DNA from: Octopus sinensis | Taxonomy: Eukaryota | NCBI RefSeq assembly: GCF_006345805.1 | Contig: NC_043003.1 | Location: 95,914,001-95,978,000 of the forward strand | DNA length: 64,000 nt | Direction of reading: 5' to 3' | Shown: in pieces, positions 12,632-25,339 of the stretch | How positions within the stretch are numbered: the first letter of the stretch is position 1 | Layout of the letters: every line of letters begins with the position of its first letter | Position numbers and translations under genes: made by a program | The notes under the pieces: model-generated | What the model saw: the letters and a program-made list of their open reading frames with translations, nothing else | Told to the model about the DNA's origin: nothing | The model's database searches: none

Positions 12632-13277
12632 GGCTGAAGATAGTTGTGTGCAAAAGTGCTACACCCTAGCAGTTGAGGGAACCTGTGGAAGAGGTAGACC
12701 CAGGAAAACCTGGGACGAGGTGGTGAAGCACGACCTTCAAACTTTAGGTCTCACCAAGGAAATGACTAGAGACCGAGACCTATGGAAGTATGCTGTGCGT
12801 GAGAAGACCCGGCAAGACTAGTGAGGCCATAACCCGTGGCCCCTACCTGGGACGTAGTCAGTCCACCTGTGCATACCTTCTTTCTTGTGAAGACCTGTTG
12901 AGGCAAGTGAAAATCAAACCAAATCAAAATAGATGAACATCAATGGAATTTGTATCTTTGTGGTACCAGTGCCGGTGGCACATAAGAAAACCATCCGAAC
13001 GTGGCTGTTCGCCAGCCTCGTCTGGCACCTGTGTCGGTGGCACATAAAAAACACCATCCGAGCGTGGCCGTTTGCCAGCCTCATCTGGCACCTGTGTCGG
13101 TGGCATATAAAATCACCCACTACACTCTCGGAGTGGTTGGCGTTAGGAAGGGCATCCAGCTGTAGAAACACTGCCAGATCTGACTGGCCTGGTGCAGCCT
13201 TCGGGCTCCCCAGACCCCAGTTGAACCGTCCAACCCATGCTAGCATGGAAAGCGGACGTTAAACGATGATGATGATA
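12630..13277 (+). mobile_element. RTE LINE 3' fragment
   Basis: C-terminus VEGTCGRGRPRKTWDEVVKHDLQTLGLTKEMTRDRDLWKYAV, 3'UTR with ~54-bp tandem units, terminal module and (GAT)n. Confidence 0.9.
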
Positions 13278-13589
13278 TATGATGGCTATGTTCTTTCAGT
13301 CATTTGGTTTTCCATAATTTTTTGAATTCATCCTTTCAAGCAAGAGCTGACAACCAAAGCCCCATCACTGGTATTTAGACATTAGCACCTGTAGATATTT
13401 ATTTGCTAAACTTAAATAAAACTGTACTAATTATTACCCTTTTACTCATTTACCTGTCTCAGCAAGTAGTCATACTTTTCCATTTGCAGGCAATTTTCAG
13501 AATTTCACAATTTGCAGAATAAGTTTTAAATGTCCTTTCACTTTACTGAAAACTCCTAACTTTTCAGAATTATTTATTGAATATTTAGT

Positions 13590-14599
13590 TGTAAGAATCG
13601 ACCGTATGGAAGGAGAGGGGACGAAGAATGGGTCCTTTGATACACCACATGGTCGCTTACAATAATACGGAAAGAATAAATGTGTATGAGTGCCAGAAGG
13701 AAAAGAGACGACACAACCGGTAGAATGTTAAAGAGAAGATTTTATTTTATGTGTTAATGTGGGTCTGTGTGCACGTCATAAGTACATAATAATAATAATA
13801 ACAATAGACAGGCCGTCATGTATACATAATGTGTATGTGTGTACAAACAAGGGTGTATGCATGTGAGATAAAATACAGAGCATTGAAAGAGTCTATAATA
13901 GGACGCTAGAAGAATGTTCAGACACAATGAAGATAATACCAGTTTATAGTAAGGTACACAATAGTTGAAGTGCTGTCACAAAGAAGCAGAGCCGGTTGAA
14001 GCACATGTCGTGTAAGAAGTTGTGGCTACTATGCTGCTGCCAGTTATTTGATACAGGAAGATCTCGCAGGTTGTATTTGCTGTTAACCACAGTGAAGTAA
14101 TTCACAAACAGTGAGGAGTTGAACCTGAACGAATGTTGCTGTTGCTGTGTACATAAAGAGATGTTGTTGGCAACATTAAGATGAAGGCGATGAAGATGGA
14201 GGTCCTGAGGCTGCTGGACAAAGTGTTGATGTTTCTCCATGTGGCTGTTGGTGTTGTGCTGTTGCTGGAACTGGCTGTGTGCTCTGTGGTCAATGGTTAG
14301 ACCTCAGAAGGTCTAAAACCGAATGACTTTGACTCAATGAATCGCTGAAGTTTTATTGCAAGCTATTGGCACAAACAGAGATTTAGAAAAGACTGTCTCA
14401 TGTGATCTTATCAGAAGGCTGCAATTGGTTGGGTTGCACATTGGTGAATAACAGAGCAAGAAACAAACTGCGCCAATACCAACCAATTAGAGTAGTGGAC
14501 ACAACAGGGTCCAAACAGCCGAAGGCTAACTGTTATCTCCTATGTCTTTATTTGTGTATATATAACACAGAGAGAGAATTTCACTAAGCATACGTTACA
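13590..14599. mobile_element. Solo LTR (probably Ty3/Gypsy-type), ~1010 bp
   Basis: Begins TGTAA and ends TTACA (TG..CA with 5-bp inverted ends), flanked by identical 4-bp TSD TAGT (13586-13589 and 14600-14603). No gag/pol. Orientation probably minus (AATAAA on minus strand near 13741). Confidence 0.75.
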
Positions 14600-14921
14600 T
14601 AGTAATCATGTGTTAAAGGTTACAGGAACAAATGTAGATTTATAATCCGGCTAAAAAAAGTTGTAGGTATTTAAACAGTTGTCTAAAAATGCTCTCCTTC
14701 TGAATATATTTGAATGAAATATTCACATCTGTTAGACTAGACTACAGTATACTATTTTTGGTTTTTGTTTCAGATAACAAGCCAAATCTGTTGTTTGGCA
14801 GAGGTTTTTAATGAGAATTTCCTACTAATATTCCTTATGTTGAACTGTATTAATGAACTCAATGCCAGTAGTATTTAAAACTATTTATCACAGACCTGTA
14901 TTTCCTATTGGTGGCATTGTA

Positions 14922-15235
14922 TGAGATGGTATCAAAAGGTTCCTGGACTAGTTCTGTATCAGGTCAACAGATGGAAGCACACAGTTGCATGGGCAGTGAG
15001 AGCTAACTGAGATCTTCATGAGGCAGCGTGCTGAGTGACAACACTGTGTTTACTTTGCAAGTTGTGAAATTTGTGTTTTTGTGATCACATGTATGCTGAG
15101 TCTGCAATTTTGTCATGGAGAGGAATGAATTGCTGTACAGTATAACTATTTCAAAGGAGAGGATGTTAAAGCTTTGGTAAATAAGTTATATTTTATTAAA
15201 CATAACTAGTCCTGGAACTTTTTAATACCACCTCA
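14922..15235. mobile_element. Mariner-type MITE
   Basis: ~30-bp TIRs TGAGATGGTATCAAAAGGTTCCTGGACTAGTT / AACTAGTCCTGGAACTTTTTAATACCACCTCA, with TA on both sides. Confidence 0.85.
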
Positions 15236-16827
15236 TATATTGTTTTAGTAAGAACCTCATATTTTATAGGAAGATAATACTTTGATGAATTAAACTTATA
15301 TGTATGCGTCAAACGTTTCTGATGTCTTGTTATAAAGATATTTTAATTTAATTTAAACAATTTATCTACACAAAACAAAATCAGTGGAGTAAAACAGAAT
15401 TTTTAAAAAATTGAAAGTTTGAATCCAAATTCGAATTGAATTTCAATAAAAACCTGTAAAAAGTTTTTATTCAATTCAAATTAACATTTTGCTTTTATAT
15501 GATTGTTGAATTTATTCAGCTTCACCTCAGAGTTGATTTATGAAAGTTTTAGATTTTAAGAGTAACAATAAATAATTGAATAAAACCAATATTAAAAAAT
15601 ACCCTAAAAGAAACAAATTTAAAGAGTTTCATTCAGGTCATTATTTCGATATACTAAATCACAAGTTGACTGCTCAATATTTGAAGCAAGACACTTTTTT
15701 TTTTTGACTGAGGTAATAAATTTCATATAGTTTTTATTTTTTATTGGTTAAAAAGAGATTGTTAAAAGTCATTAGAGTAACAGGTCATACGAAAAATCGA
15801 AAATTTAAGGATAAATGACATAGGAAAGAATGAAATAGATGAATGTCTTACAATGACGTCTACTGCAATCAAGTAAGTATAGGAAAATTTCAAGATATAA
15901 GTCTCAGAAATTTTCTGCTATAACTGAAAATATCAATGTGGTCGAACTAAAGACATACCAAAATTTATGTTCATATGTTAGTGTTCCTGTTATTATTTTT
16001 TTCCCCATAGATCTTGCCATTTTCCCCACTTCCAATCTCAATTATGGCTGAAATAAAATATTCAATAATTCCAAGTTGTTATTACCATTTTTATGAAACC
16101 ATTCTCATCTTTTATGAGGGCGTTCTATTAATAGATATAATTTATCGTGCTGATTTATTTTCATCATAATTGAGCTGAGGTAAAAATATTTCTGAGGAGC
16201 ATTCTTGGATGCTGAATTCTGTTATGAAAGGGTTTCTCATAAGTGATACAATAATTTGAAAAACGTCTTTTAACTGAGATTGTCCGTGCAATCAGTAGAC
16301 AAAGATTCTCTCAAGAGGGTGTTTAAAATTTAAAAGCAACTAAGGATCTTTCTTGTAAATTCTTCCCCTTTCTCTCTCTCTTTCTCCCTCCCCTCTCTCT
16401 TTCTCTCTCTTTCTCCCCCCTCTCTCTAGCAGGGTAACCATGTACCTTCTCTACAGTAATACATCTGTTTCTGTCTCTCTGTCACAATCCAACCTTTCAT
16501 CAACTGGCACAAAATCACCTCCTCCAATGCTCCTTCCTCTCCTTGTCTTGCAAAATGATCCTGCCAATGCTGGTGTCACTTAGAAAGCATTTAGTTTACA
16601 CTGTGAAGGGTATCCAGTTGTAAAATCCATACCAAAACTGACCTTGCCTGTACTGGTAAAAAGCCACATAAAAAGCATTCAGCCCACTCTGTTGGATGAT
16701 TGATGCTAGGAAGGGCATCCAGCTATAAAAACAGCCAAAACAGACACAGAAATACGGTGTAAGTCATCTGCTTGGTCTGCTTCTATCAAACTGTCCAACC
16801 CATGCCAGCATGGAATGAGGAAATTAA

Positions 16828-17048
16828 CCCTTTCATTACTGCATTTATTTTGAGATGGTCTGTGTTTCTTTCAATTACTTTAAATATAACGAAGAATTTA
16901 GTAAAATAACTTAGTTATCATTCAGCTAGTGTTAGGAACATAAATTGTGACTAAGGTTTGGTGGAAGATTTTAATTCAAAACTTATGGAAACAAGACATT
17001 TGTACTACAGAACCAGAGTCGGTTTCAGCTGGGTTGGTAACAAAAGGG
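16828..17048. mobile_element. piggyBac-type MITE
   Basis: TTAA|CCCTTT ... AAAGGG|TTAA termini, no ORF. Confidence 0.75.
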
Positions 17049-17618
17049 TTAAACAATGATGATGATGATATTTAAATACAAAGAAACAGGAAAGGAGAGA
17101 GACAAGAAAGGAAAAGAAAAGAAAGGAAAAGAAAAGAAAGGAAAAAGGTGTTGGGGGAGCAGAGCAAAGGTAGATGGAGTGGGAGCGATGGGTCACACAT
17201 TGCAGAACAAATGGTGTGATCAACCATGTCCTGCAGTCATGAATTCAATGGCGTTGCCACAGAGAATGGCCAACAGCACTTGCTGCAGCAGCTACTTTAC
17301 CTTGTGAGGCTCATTCCTCCAATGGGCAATGTCAGCTGGTACAAATTGATAGCAGCCAGCCAAGCCCCTGTATTTATTGTTTTTTTCTCCTCTGCATTAC
17401 GGGTGGCGGGTGGCGACATTCAGGTTGGCAGCCAGTGCTGGAAGGTTAATATTTTTGGAAAATATAACATGACTGTGGGTTGCAGGCATGGTTGTGTGAT
17501 TAAGTGGTTTGCTTCCCAACCATGTCGTTTCGAGTTGTCCCACCATGTGACACTCTGGGCTGACCAAAGCCTTGTGAGGTGATTTGATAGAAAGAAACTA
17601 AAAAAAGCCTGCTGCATG

Positions 17619-17702
<84 letters not shown>

Positions 17703-18036
17703 GTATATATATGTATATATATATATATCCCTCTCTCTCTCTTTCGGAGAGGCACAAGCACCTACACGCACATATACACACACGGCAGTAACTTCCGCCT
17801 GCCGAATTCAATCACAAAGCTTCGGTCGGCTCAGGGCTATAGTGAAAGACACCTACCCAAAGTGCCACGCAGTGGGACTGAACCCGAAACCATATAGCTA
17901 GGAAGCAAGCTCCCTGACCACACAGCTATGCCCGTGCCTACAAAAAATGTATGCACATATACGCAGCACTAAGCGTGTGGCAAGCTTTCTACGGCTTGAT
18001 GCCCTTCCTGATGCCAACCCCCACCTGTTACCAAGC

Positions 18037-18084
<48 letters not shown>

Positions 18085-18329
18085 CACATATCTTTTATTT
18101 GTTTCAGTCACTAAAGTGCAGCCATGCTGGAGCACCACTTTGTTGCATTTAGTTGCACAAATCAGTCCTAGTACTTACTATATTTTAAAGCCTGGTACTG
18201 ATTCTATCAGACTCTTTTTGCTGAACCACTAAGTTACAGGGATATAAACAAACCAACACTAGTTATCAAGTGGTGATGGGAGACAAACACAAAGATACAC
18301 ACACTTAGATATATACATATACATACGTA

Positions 18330-18689
18330 AGAGAACCATCCGAATGTAGCCTTTGCCAGCGCCGCCCCAACTGGCCTCATGCCGGTGGCACGTAAAAAGC
18401 AACATCCGATCGTGGCCGTTGCCAGCCTTGCCTGGCCCTCATGCCAGTGGCACGTAAAAAGCACCATCCGATCGTGGCCGTTTGCCAGCCTTGTCTGGCA
18501 CCTGTGCCGGTAGCACGTAAAAAGCACCCACTACACTCACGGAATGGTTGGCGTTAGGAAGGGCATCCAGCTGTAGAAACATTGCCAGATCAGACTGGGC
18601 TTGGTGCAGACTTCTGGCTTCCCAGACCCCAGTTGAACCGTCCAACCCATGCTAGCATGGAAAGCGGATGCTAAACGATGATGATGATG

Positions 18690-18690
<1 letters not shown>
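18330..18690 (+). mobile_element. RTE 3'UTR tandem units plus terminal module
   Basis: Three GG/AGTGGCACGTAAAAAGCA units, then the conserved terminal module and (GAT)n. Confidence 0.85.
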
Positions 18691-18737
<47 letters not shown>

Positions 18738-18779
18738 ACAACACGTTTCTTTCAGTTTCTGTCTACCAGTCAGAGTAAG

Positions 18780-19119
18780 TTTTCATTAGGCTTATTGTTC
18801 AGAAAGTCCTGTGAGCCAAAAGTTGCTCATGACTCTTAGGCTCTGTCATCCTTATTTTGTCATGGATGGAGAGGTCTTTTCTAGCACTATGGCTTACCAC
18901 TCATCATGGTCCTTTACTAGTTCCTTTGATTCAGCATCTTGAGGTCAACCTTTAAGTAGGTGGAGGCTTAACAAGGATGTAATGGGTGAGAGACCCCTAA
19001 ACAGATATTCTACATCTCATCCTCTATCACCAGTATTTTGCCATGCCTGGATGGATGGGAAGGTCTTCTCCGGCACCATTTTTTTTTCTCTCTCTCTCTC
19101 TCTTTCTTAGACACACACA

Positions 19120-19163
<44 letters not shown>

Positions 19164-20310
19164 GCGGTCCTGTCATGTTGTATCTAGTTTGTACTGTCCA
19201 GTCTGTTTGTGATTTAGTCCAATATTTTCATACTCAATGATGCAGTCTCATGATAATTTTGTATTAGGCATGTCATTCAGAAAGTCTTGTGGGTCACAAG
19301 TTACCCATGACTGTCTTAGCCTCTATCATCGTCATCATTATTTTGTAATGGGTTGAGAGGTCTTCACTAACACTATGGCTCACCACTCATCATTGTCCTT
19401 TACCAGTTCCTTTGTGAGATTCAGTGACTTGAGAGTAGTCTTCATCAGTAGACAGGAGGCTTAACATGGACATAATGGGTGAGAGACCTCTAAGCAGATA
19501 TTCTACTCTCAGTCTCTATCAACACTATTCTACCATGCCTGGATGGGTGGGTAGTCTTCTCCAGCACAATTTCACATCACTTATCATGGTCATATACCAG
19601 TTCATTTGTGAGATTCAACTTCTTAAGATTAGTCTTCATCCTTTTGCCCCATGTCTTTCTCACCAGTTTCATAGAATATTTGGGTTTTCCCTATACAACT
19701 GACATTTTCCATATGCGTCTTGTGCCCATACCAAAGCAGTCTTCTCTTTTGCACACTAAATCTGATTCCTCTTATACCTAGCTTTTCCTTCAGCTCATTT
19801 ATACACTTCTTTGTACATGTACATTAACATTACCCAACTATCAGAGCATACTTGCCTTGTTTCTGTCTCACCTTCATAAATCCTTCTCATTCAAACTCAT
19901 GCCTCATTACCATGCAACATCAAGCATTTTGCAATTAGCATTGCTCTCTGAGATTAAAAACTGTTTCTTACCTGCAGAATTAATAGATCCTTGAACTTCC
20001 TCCCCCCCATTCCACTCTGGACTTTTGCTACACCCTCCTTCACTGTTTATTAGTTCACCAAGGTAACAGGATGTATTAAGTACTTCGAAGTAGTCTTCTA
20101 GGCATTTAAAAGTATTTATATTACATGTACTTTTATGGTTGGTTGACCCTAAGTCCCCCTAACCTTTCTTTCTCTCTCTCCCTCTTTCTTAGACACACAC
20201 ACACACACACACACCCAAACGAAGCAGTCCTGACATGCTGTATCTAGTTTGTACTGTCCAGTCTATTTGTGATCTAGTTCAATATTTTCATACTCAATGA
20301 TGCAGTCTCA
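18780..20310 (-). mobile_element. Old, internally duplicated RTE-derived mosaic
   Basis: Minus strand near 20110-19960 gives decayed RTE peptide (..YLGELINSEGGCSKS..). Blocks 18790-19080 and 19260-19600 are related; ~19090-19250 is repeated at ~20165-20310. Confidence 0.5.
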
Positions 20311-20481
20311 GTCAGTGATTGCTTGCATAAATTTATTATAAGAGGATGGTAACCCAGATTTTAAGTAGAAACTTAATTGATGTAATGATGTTTGGATGTT
20401 TTTTTTATTACAAAACATGCAAGAATATATACACAAATGCTTATGTGTCTGTGTGTCTTTGTGTACATGCATATTTCTTTA

Positions 20482-20705
20482 CTACCCACAAGGGGCTAAA
20501 CACAGAGGGGACAAACAAGGACAGACATAGGTATTAAGTCGATTACATCGACCCCAGTGTGTAAATGGTACTTAATTTATCGATCCCTAAAGGATGAAAG
20601 GCAAAGTCGACCTCAGCGGAATTTGAACTCACAACGTAATGCAGACGAAATACTGCTAAGCATTTCGCCCGGTGTGCTAATGATTCTGCCAGCTCACCGC
20701 CTTGT
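20482..20705 (-). mobile_element. tRNA-derived SINE, family B
   Basis: Reverse complement of the unit at 29038-29267. Confidence 0.85.
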
Positions 20706-20944
20706 GTACATGCCATGATCATCATCATTGTTTGAATGCCTGCATGCTTGGAATTTGTTGAGGAATATTTTTATGGTTGGATGCCCTTCCTGTCACCAAC
20801 CTTTGCCTGCCTGTCTCCAAGCTGAGTAATGCTTCTCCACAGCTGGACATGTTTTCACAGAAAGCTAGAAATGAATGACTCCCTGTGCATGAAGATGGCA
20901 TTCATTCACAACTATTGTGCAGTGTTAAGACAGGGAAACACAAA

Positions 20945-21190
20945 TACACACACACACACATGCACATACACAGGCATACATCCATCCATACATACATACA
21001 TACATACATGCATACATACACACATACATACATTCATACATACATACACACATGTATACATACATGCATACATACATACATACATATATACACACATGCA
21101 TACATACATACATACATACATACATACATACATGCATGCATACATACATACATACATACACACATACATACACACATGCATACATACTGT
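20945..21190. repeat. (TACA)n compound microsatellite
   Basis: Direct inspection; source of HTYI/MYVC pseudo-ORFs. Confidence 0.95.
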
Positions 21191-22032
21191 TGTATTGGCA
21201 GTTGTTATGACGATACTTTTTTTACACTATAACTGTGTAGTAACAATAAAACATGTAACGAAGCAGGATAACAACAATGTAAAAATCCAACAAACTCTCC
21301 ATGAACTATACACGAACCAACAAACAATATTCTGACAAACTACCAAAATGACACCTCACGACTTCCTTGCAATTATTGCCTACTCTGTCTCTCTATCTCA
21401 CTCAGACAACTATTAGTTATAGTCATTTGGTCAGTCTATTCTTGCGAGGGGGTGTCGTGACTCTCACCACAACATCTCCTTGTTTGAGATTTTGATTTCC
21501 AAGGCATTCAGTCCGCACTGTAATGTGGTTGGGATTTGAAAGGAGATCCAGCTGTAAAATCCATGCCAATACTGACCTCACCTGTGCTAGTGCCAGGTAA
21601 AAAGCACTCAGCCCACTCTGCGGAGTGGTTGGTATTAAGAAAGGCATCCAACTGTAAAAACCATGCCAAAACAGACACAGAAGCTTGGTGTGGTCTTCTA
21701 CCTGGCCAGCTTCTGTCAAACTGTCCAACCCATACCAGCATGGAAGGAGACCGTTGAATGACAACGAAGACGATAATAATGATGATGATGATGATAATGA
21801 TGCATATAATATATATCACGTGATCACGTGACCGACCAGGCTATCAGATGTTGCTACACATCGCTGGTCACAATGCGCTTCACATTGTTTTAGCCTTCAA
21901 ATGACACCACCCCGCTGGCTAAGCAAGCAGGCCAACAGAAGAGTGAGAGAAAGTTGTGGCGAAAGAGTACAGCAGGGATCGTGTGTGTATGTAGACACAC
22001 ACACGCATATGAATATACAGATATACACACAT

Positions 22033-23010
22033 AGGTGCCCCTGGGAGCTCCTCTATGCTGATGACCTTGCTCTAATTGCTGAGTCACTATCAGAACTGGA
22101 GAAGAAGTTTCAGGTGTGGAAGCAAGGTTCAGAATCGAAGGGCCTTAGAGTCAATCTAGCTAAAACCAAAGTCGTAATAAGTAGAAAGGTAGACAAATCA
22201 CAAACGCCTTCAGGTAGATGGCCCTGCTCGATCTGTAGAAAAGGTGTAGGTAGAAACTCTATAAGATGCACCAAGTGTAAGCTATGGACACATAAGAGGT
22301 GCAGCAATGTCATAGGAAGGCTAACTAGGAAGATGGTTTTTGTATGTGGCAGATGCTCGGGAGCATTAACCTCTGAAAATCTGCAGAAAACAACTTCCGT
22401 CACTTTCCAGGGGGAAAAACTAGAAGTAGTTGATAGCTTCCGTTATCTTGGTGACCAAGTCAGTAGTGGGGGTGGGTGTGCTGAAAGTGTAACGGCTAGA
22501 GTAAGAATAGCCTGGGCAAAGTTTAGGGAGCTCTTACCTCTGTTGGTGACTAAAGGCCTCTCGCTCAGAGTAAAAGGCAGACTGTATGATGCATGTGTAC
22601 GAACAGCCATGCTACATGGCAGTGAAACATGGGCCGTGACTGCTGAGGACATGCGTAAGCTCGCAAGAAATGAAGCCAGTATGCTCCGATGGATGTGTAA
22701 TGTCAGTGTGCATGCTTGACAGAGTGTTAGTACCCTGAGAGAAATGTTGGACCTAAGGAGCATCAGTTGTGGTGTGCAAGAGAGACGATTGCGCTGGTAT
22801 GGTCATGTGGCGAGAATGGATGAAGATAGGTGTGTGAAAAAGTGCCAATCCCTAGCAGTTGAGGGAACCCGTGGAAGAGGTAGACCCAGGAAAACCTGGG
22901 ACGAGGTGGTGAAGCACGACCTTCGAACTTTAGGCCTCACTGAGGAAATGACCAGCGACCGAGACCTTTGGAAATATGCTGTACGTGAGAAGACCAGGCA
23001 GGACAAGTGA
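22033..23010 (+). pseudogene. RTE reverse transcriptase C-terminal part
   Basis: ORFs 21901-22719 and 22744-23010 are in frame and separated by a single TGA at 22717-22719; YADD catalytic motif present. Confidence 0.9.
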
Positions 23011-23695
23011 GCCCAGCCCACTTATGAATGCCTTTCCTCCCTTGGACACAAAGACCTGTTGAGGCAAGCGAAGTCGATATAGAACCTCATCCGACAACAG
23101 GCACCCATGCCAACCCCCTTTGCTTGTGAAGACATGTTGGGGCAAGCGAAATCGAAATCGAACTGAACCAGCCAGGATCCCTGGTCTGGTGGTATGTAAA
23201 AAGCACTATCCGACTCGGGCCGATGCCAGCGCCGCCTCCACTGGCTTCCGTGCTGGTGGCACGTAAAATACACCAATCCAACTGTACGACAGGCACCCAT
23301 GCCAACCCCCTTTGCTTGCGAAGACATGTTGGGGCAAGCGAAATCGAATTGAACCAGCCAGGATCCCTGGTCTGGTGGTACGTAAAAAGCACTATCCGAC
23401 TCGTGGCCGATGCCAGCGCCGCCTCAACTGGCTTCCGTGCCGGTGGCAGATAAAATACACCAATCCGACCGTGGCCGTTGCCAGCCTCGCCTGGCACCTG
23501 TGCAGGTGGCACGTAAAAAGCACCCACTACACTCACGGAGTGGTTGGCGTTAGGAAGGGCATCCAGCTGTAGAAACATTGCCAGATAAGACTGGAGCCTG
23601 GTGCAGCCTTCTGGCTTCCCAGATCCCCAGTCGAACCGTCCAACCCATGCTAGCATGGAGAACGGACGTTAAACGATGATGATGATGATGATGAT
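22033..23695 (+). mobile_element. RTE-clade LINE, 5'-truncated, relatively young
   Basis: Starts just upstream of the RT motif ELLYADDL, continues LKVNLAKTK-like, CxxC Zn-finger-like insert, FRYLGD, GRPRKTW. One premature stop. 3'UTR with 192-bp duplication, terminal module, (GAT)n tail. Confidence 0.95.
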
Positions 23696-24504
23696 GTATC
23701 ATCATCTTCATATTAACATCCACTTTACTCAACCCTTTGGTTGACCTAGGGTTGTTGCAAAAAAACACTTGTCCAGTGTACCATGCAGTGGGGGCTGAAC
23801 CCCAAACCACATAGCTGGGAAGCAAACTTCTCAACCACACAGCCATGCCTGCACTTGCATATGAAAATAACTACTTTATTGTATAAAAATACGACCAACC
23901 ATTGCCCGCTGGGAATTTAGACCCAACCGTAGATATAGCATGTCCAGTATACAGTTGTAATTTATAACCACATATTAGACTCATCCATCATCCCTGTATC
24001 ATATTAGACTCATCCATCATCCCTGTGTCATATTTTGCTCAATTAAAAGTGATTAGACCAACAACTGTTGAAAACAATAGCAACACCAACAAAGACAAAA
24101 TTATTATGAATCAGTAGTGAATGTCTTATGTTGACTGACGTCAGTGTTACATCCTTCCAGTTCTCTTTCTCTGCATTTAATCTCCCTATAAGCTGTAAGT
24201 TTATTAGCCTAAGCACAACCTGTCTTTCACTGGTTTATTAGCAAACAATACATTTGATAATTAAATACACATACACACATACATGCATACACACATACGT
24301 ACACACACACATACATAAATACATACATACATATATATATACATACATACATACATACATACATACTTAAACCATAGTGATATCCGTGGGACTGCTAATG
24401 ATGGAGGCATGTTGAATTGTTGGTACGGCTGTTATTGCATGTGCGGAAAAGTTTTTCAAGACATCTATTTGATACATACATACATACATACATACATACA
24501 TACA

Positions 24505-25052
24505 TGGTGGCTTCCCCCTCGTTATCGAGTATGGCCATTGCACGAAGCTTAATCAATGTTGTTATCATGCAATGCCTGTGCAAGAAGATTTTTTTTAAAG
24601 TGAGGAAAGGCTGTGCACTGAGTCAATCCCACTCACTAAGCAACAGCAGCCATAATCCGAAAAGAAGAACAAGTCAACATCATCGGTAACCACTGAGCTG
24701 CAGGTTTTATGTCGGAGTGATCCCAGTTACCTGAGTTACCTTCTCCTAGAAGGATGCCCTAACAAAGGCTAGGAGTCCTTCACTCCCAATGGCTTAACCA
24801 CGCGATCAGGTATTCAGTCCGATTATTTCTATGTCCCCGTGCATGATACAGCTTTAAGACATTTATTGGATGGCCGTTGACTCTCAAGAGTTCCTCCACC
24901 CTTTGACGGGTTTTGTTTTTCATCCCGCAGGTGTCCAATAAACACCCTCCTCACCAAGCAAGCTTGGTTGCCAATTTAGTTGCCGACGACCTGACCATGC
25001 AACAGGTTGTACTGGGTTACATGTTACCAGTAGCACTCGAAAGTGACCTGAC
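24505..25052 (-). mobile_element. Non-autonomous element with RTE-like 5'UTR motif, inserted in (TACA)n
   Basis: GC-richer unique block bounded on both sides by (TACA)n. Minus strand has TTAGGGCATCCTTCTAGGAGAAGGTAACTC, resembling (from memory) RTE 5'UTR motifs. No ORF. Confidence 0.45.
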
Positions 25053-25339
25053 ATACATACATACATACATACATACATACATACATACATACATACATAC
25101 ATACATACATACATACAGAGAAACTGCGCACAGTTGTGGGAATTATATTAAGAACCATTTTATGTACTGCAAAGAAAATCTCATGTAGAACTCAGTATGT
25201 TGGATAGAGTGGATATGTATGTTTAGTATGCCAAAAGTATAGCCTATATCCACTGCTTCCTCCTCCTCCTCCTGCTCCTGCTCCTGCTCCTCCTCCTCCC
25301 CCTCCTGCTCCTGCTCGTGCTCCTCCTCCTTCCCCTCCT

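Noticed and set aside
13456-14650. Possible minus-strand exon interrupted by the solo LTR (acceptor near 14650, donor near 13456)
   Set aside because: After removing the LTR all three frames contain stops.
24900-25052. HDV-like ribozyme expected at an RTE-type 5' end
   Set aside because: Only simple hairpins found; I could not build the P1/P1.1/P2/P3 double pseudoknot.
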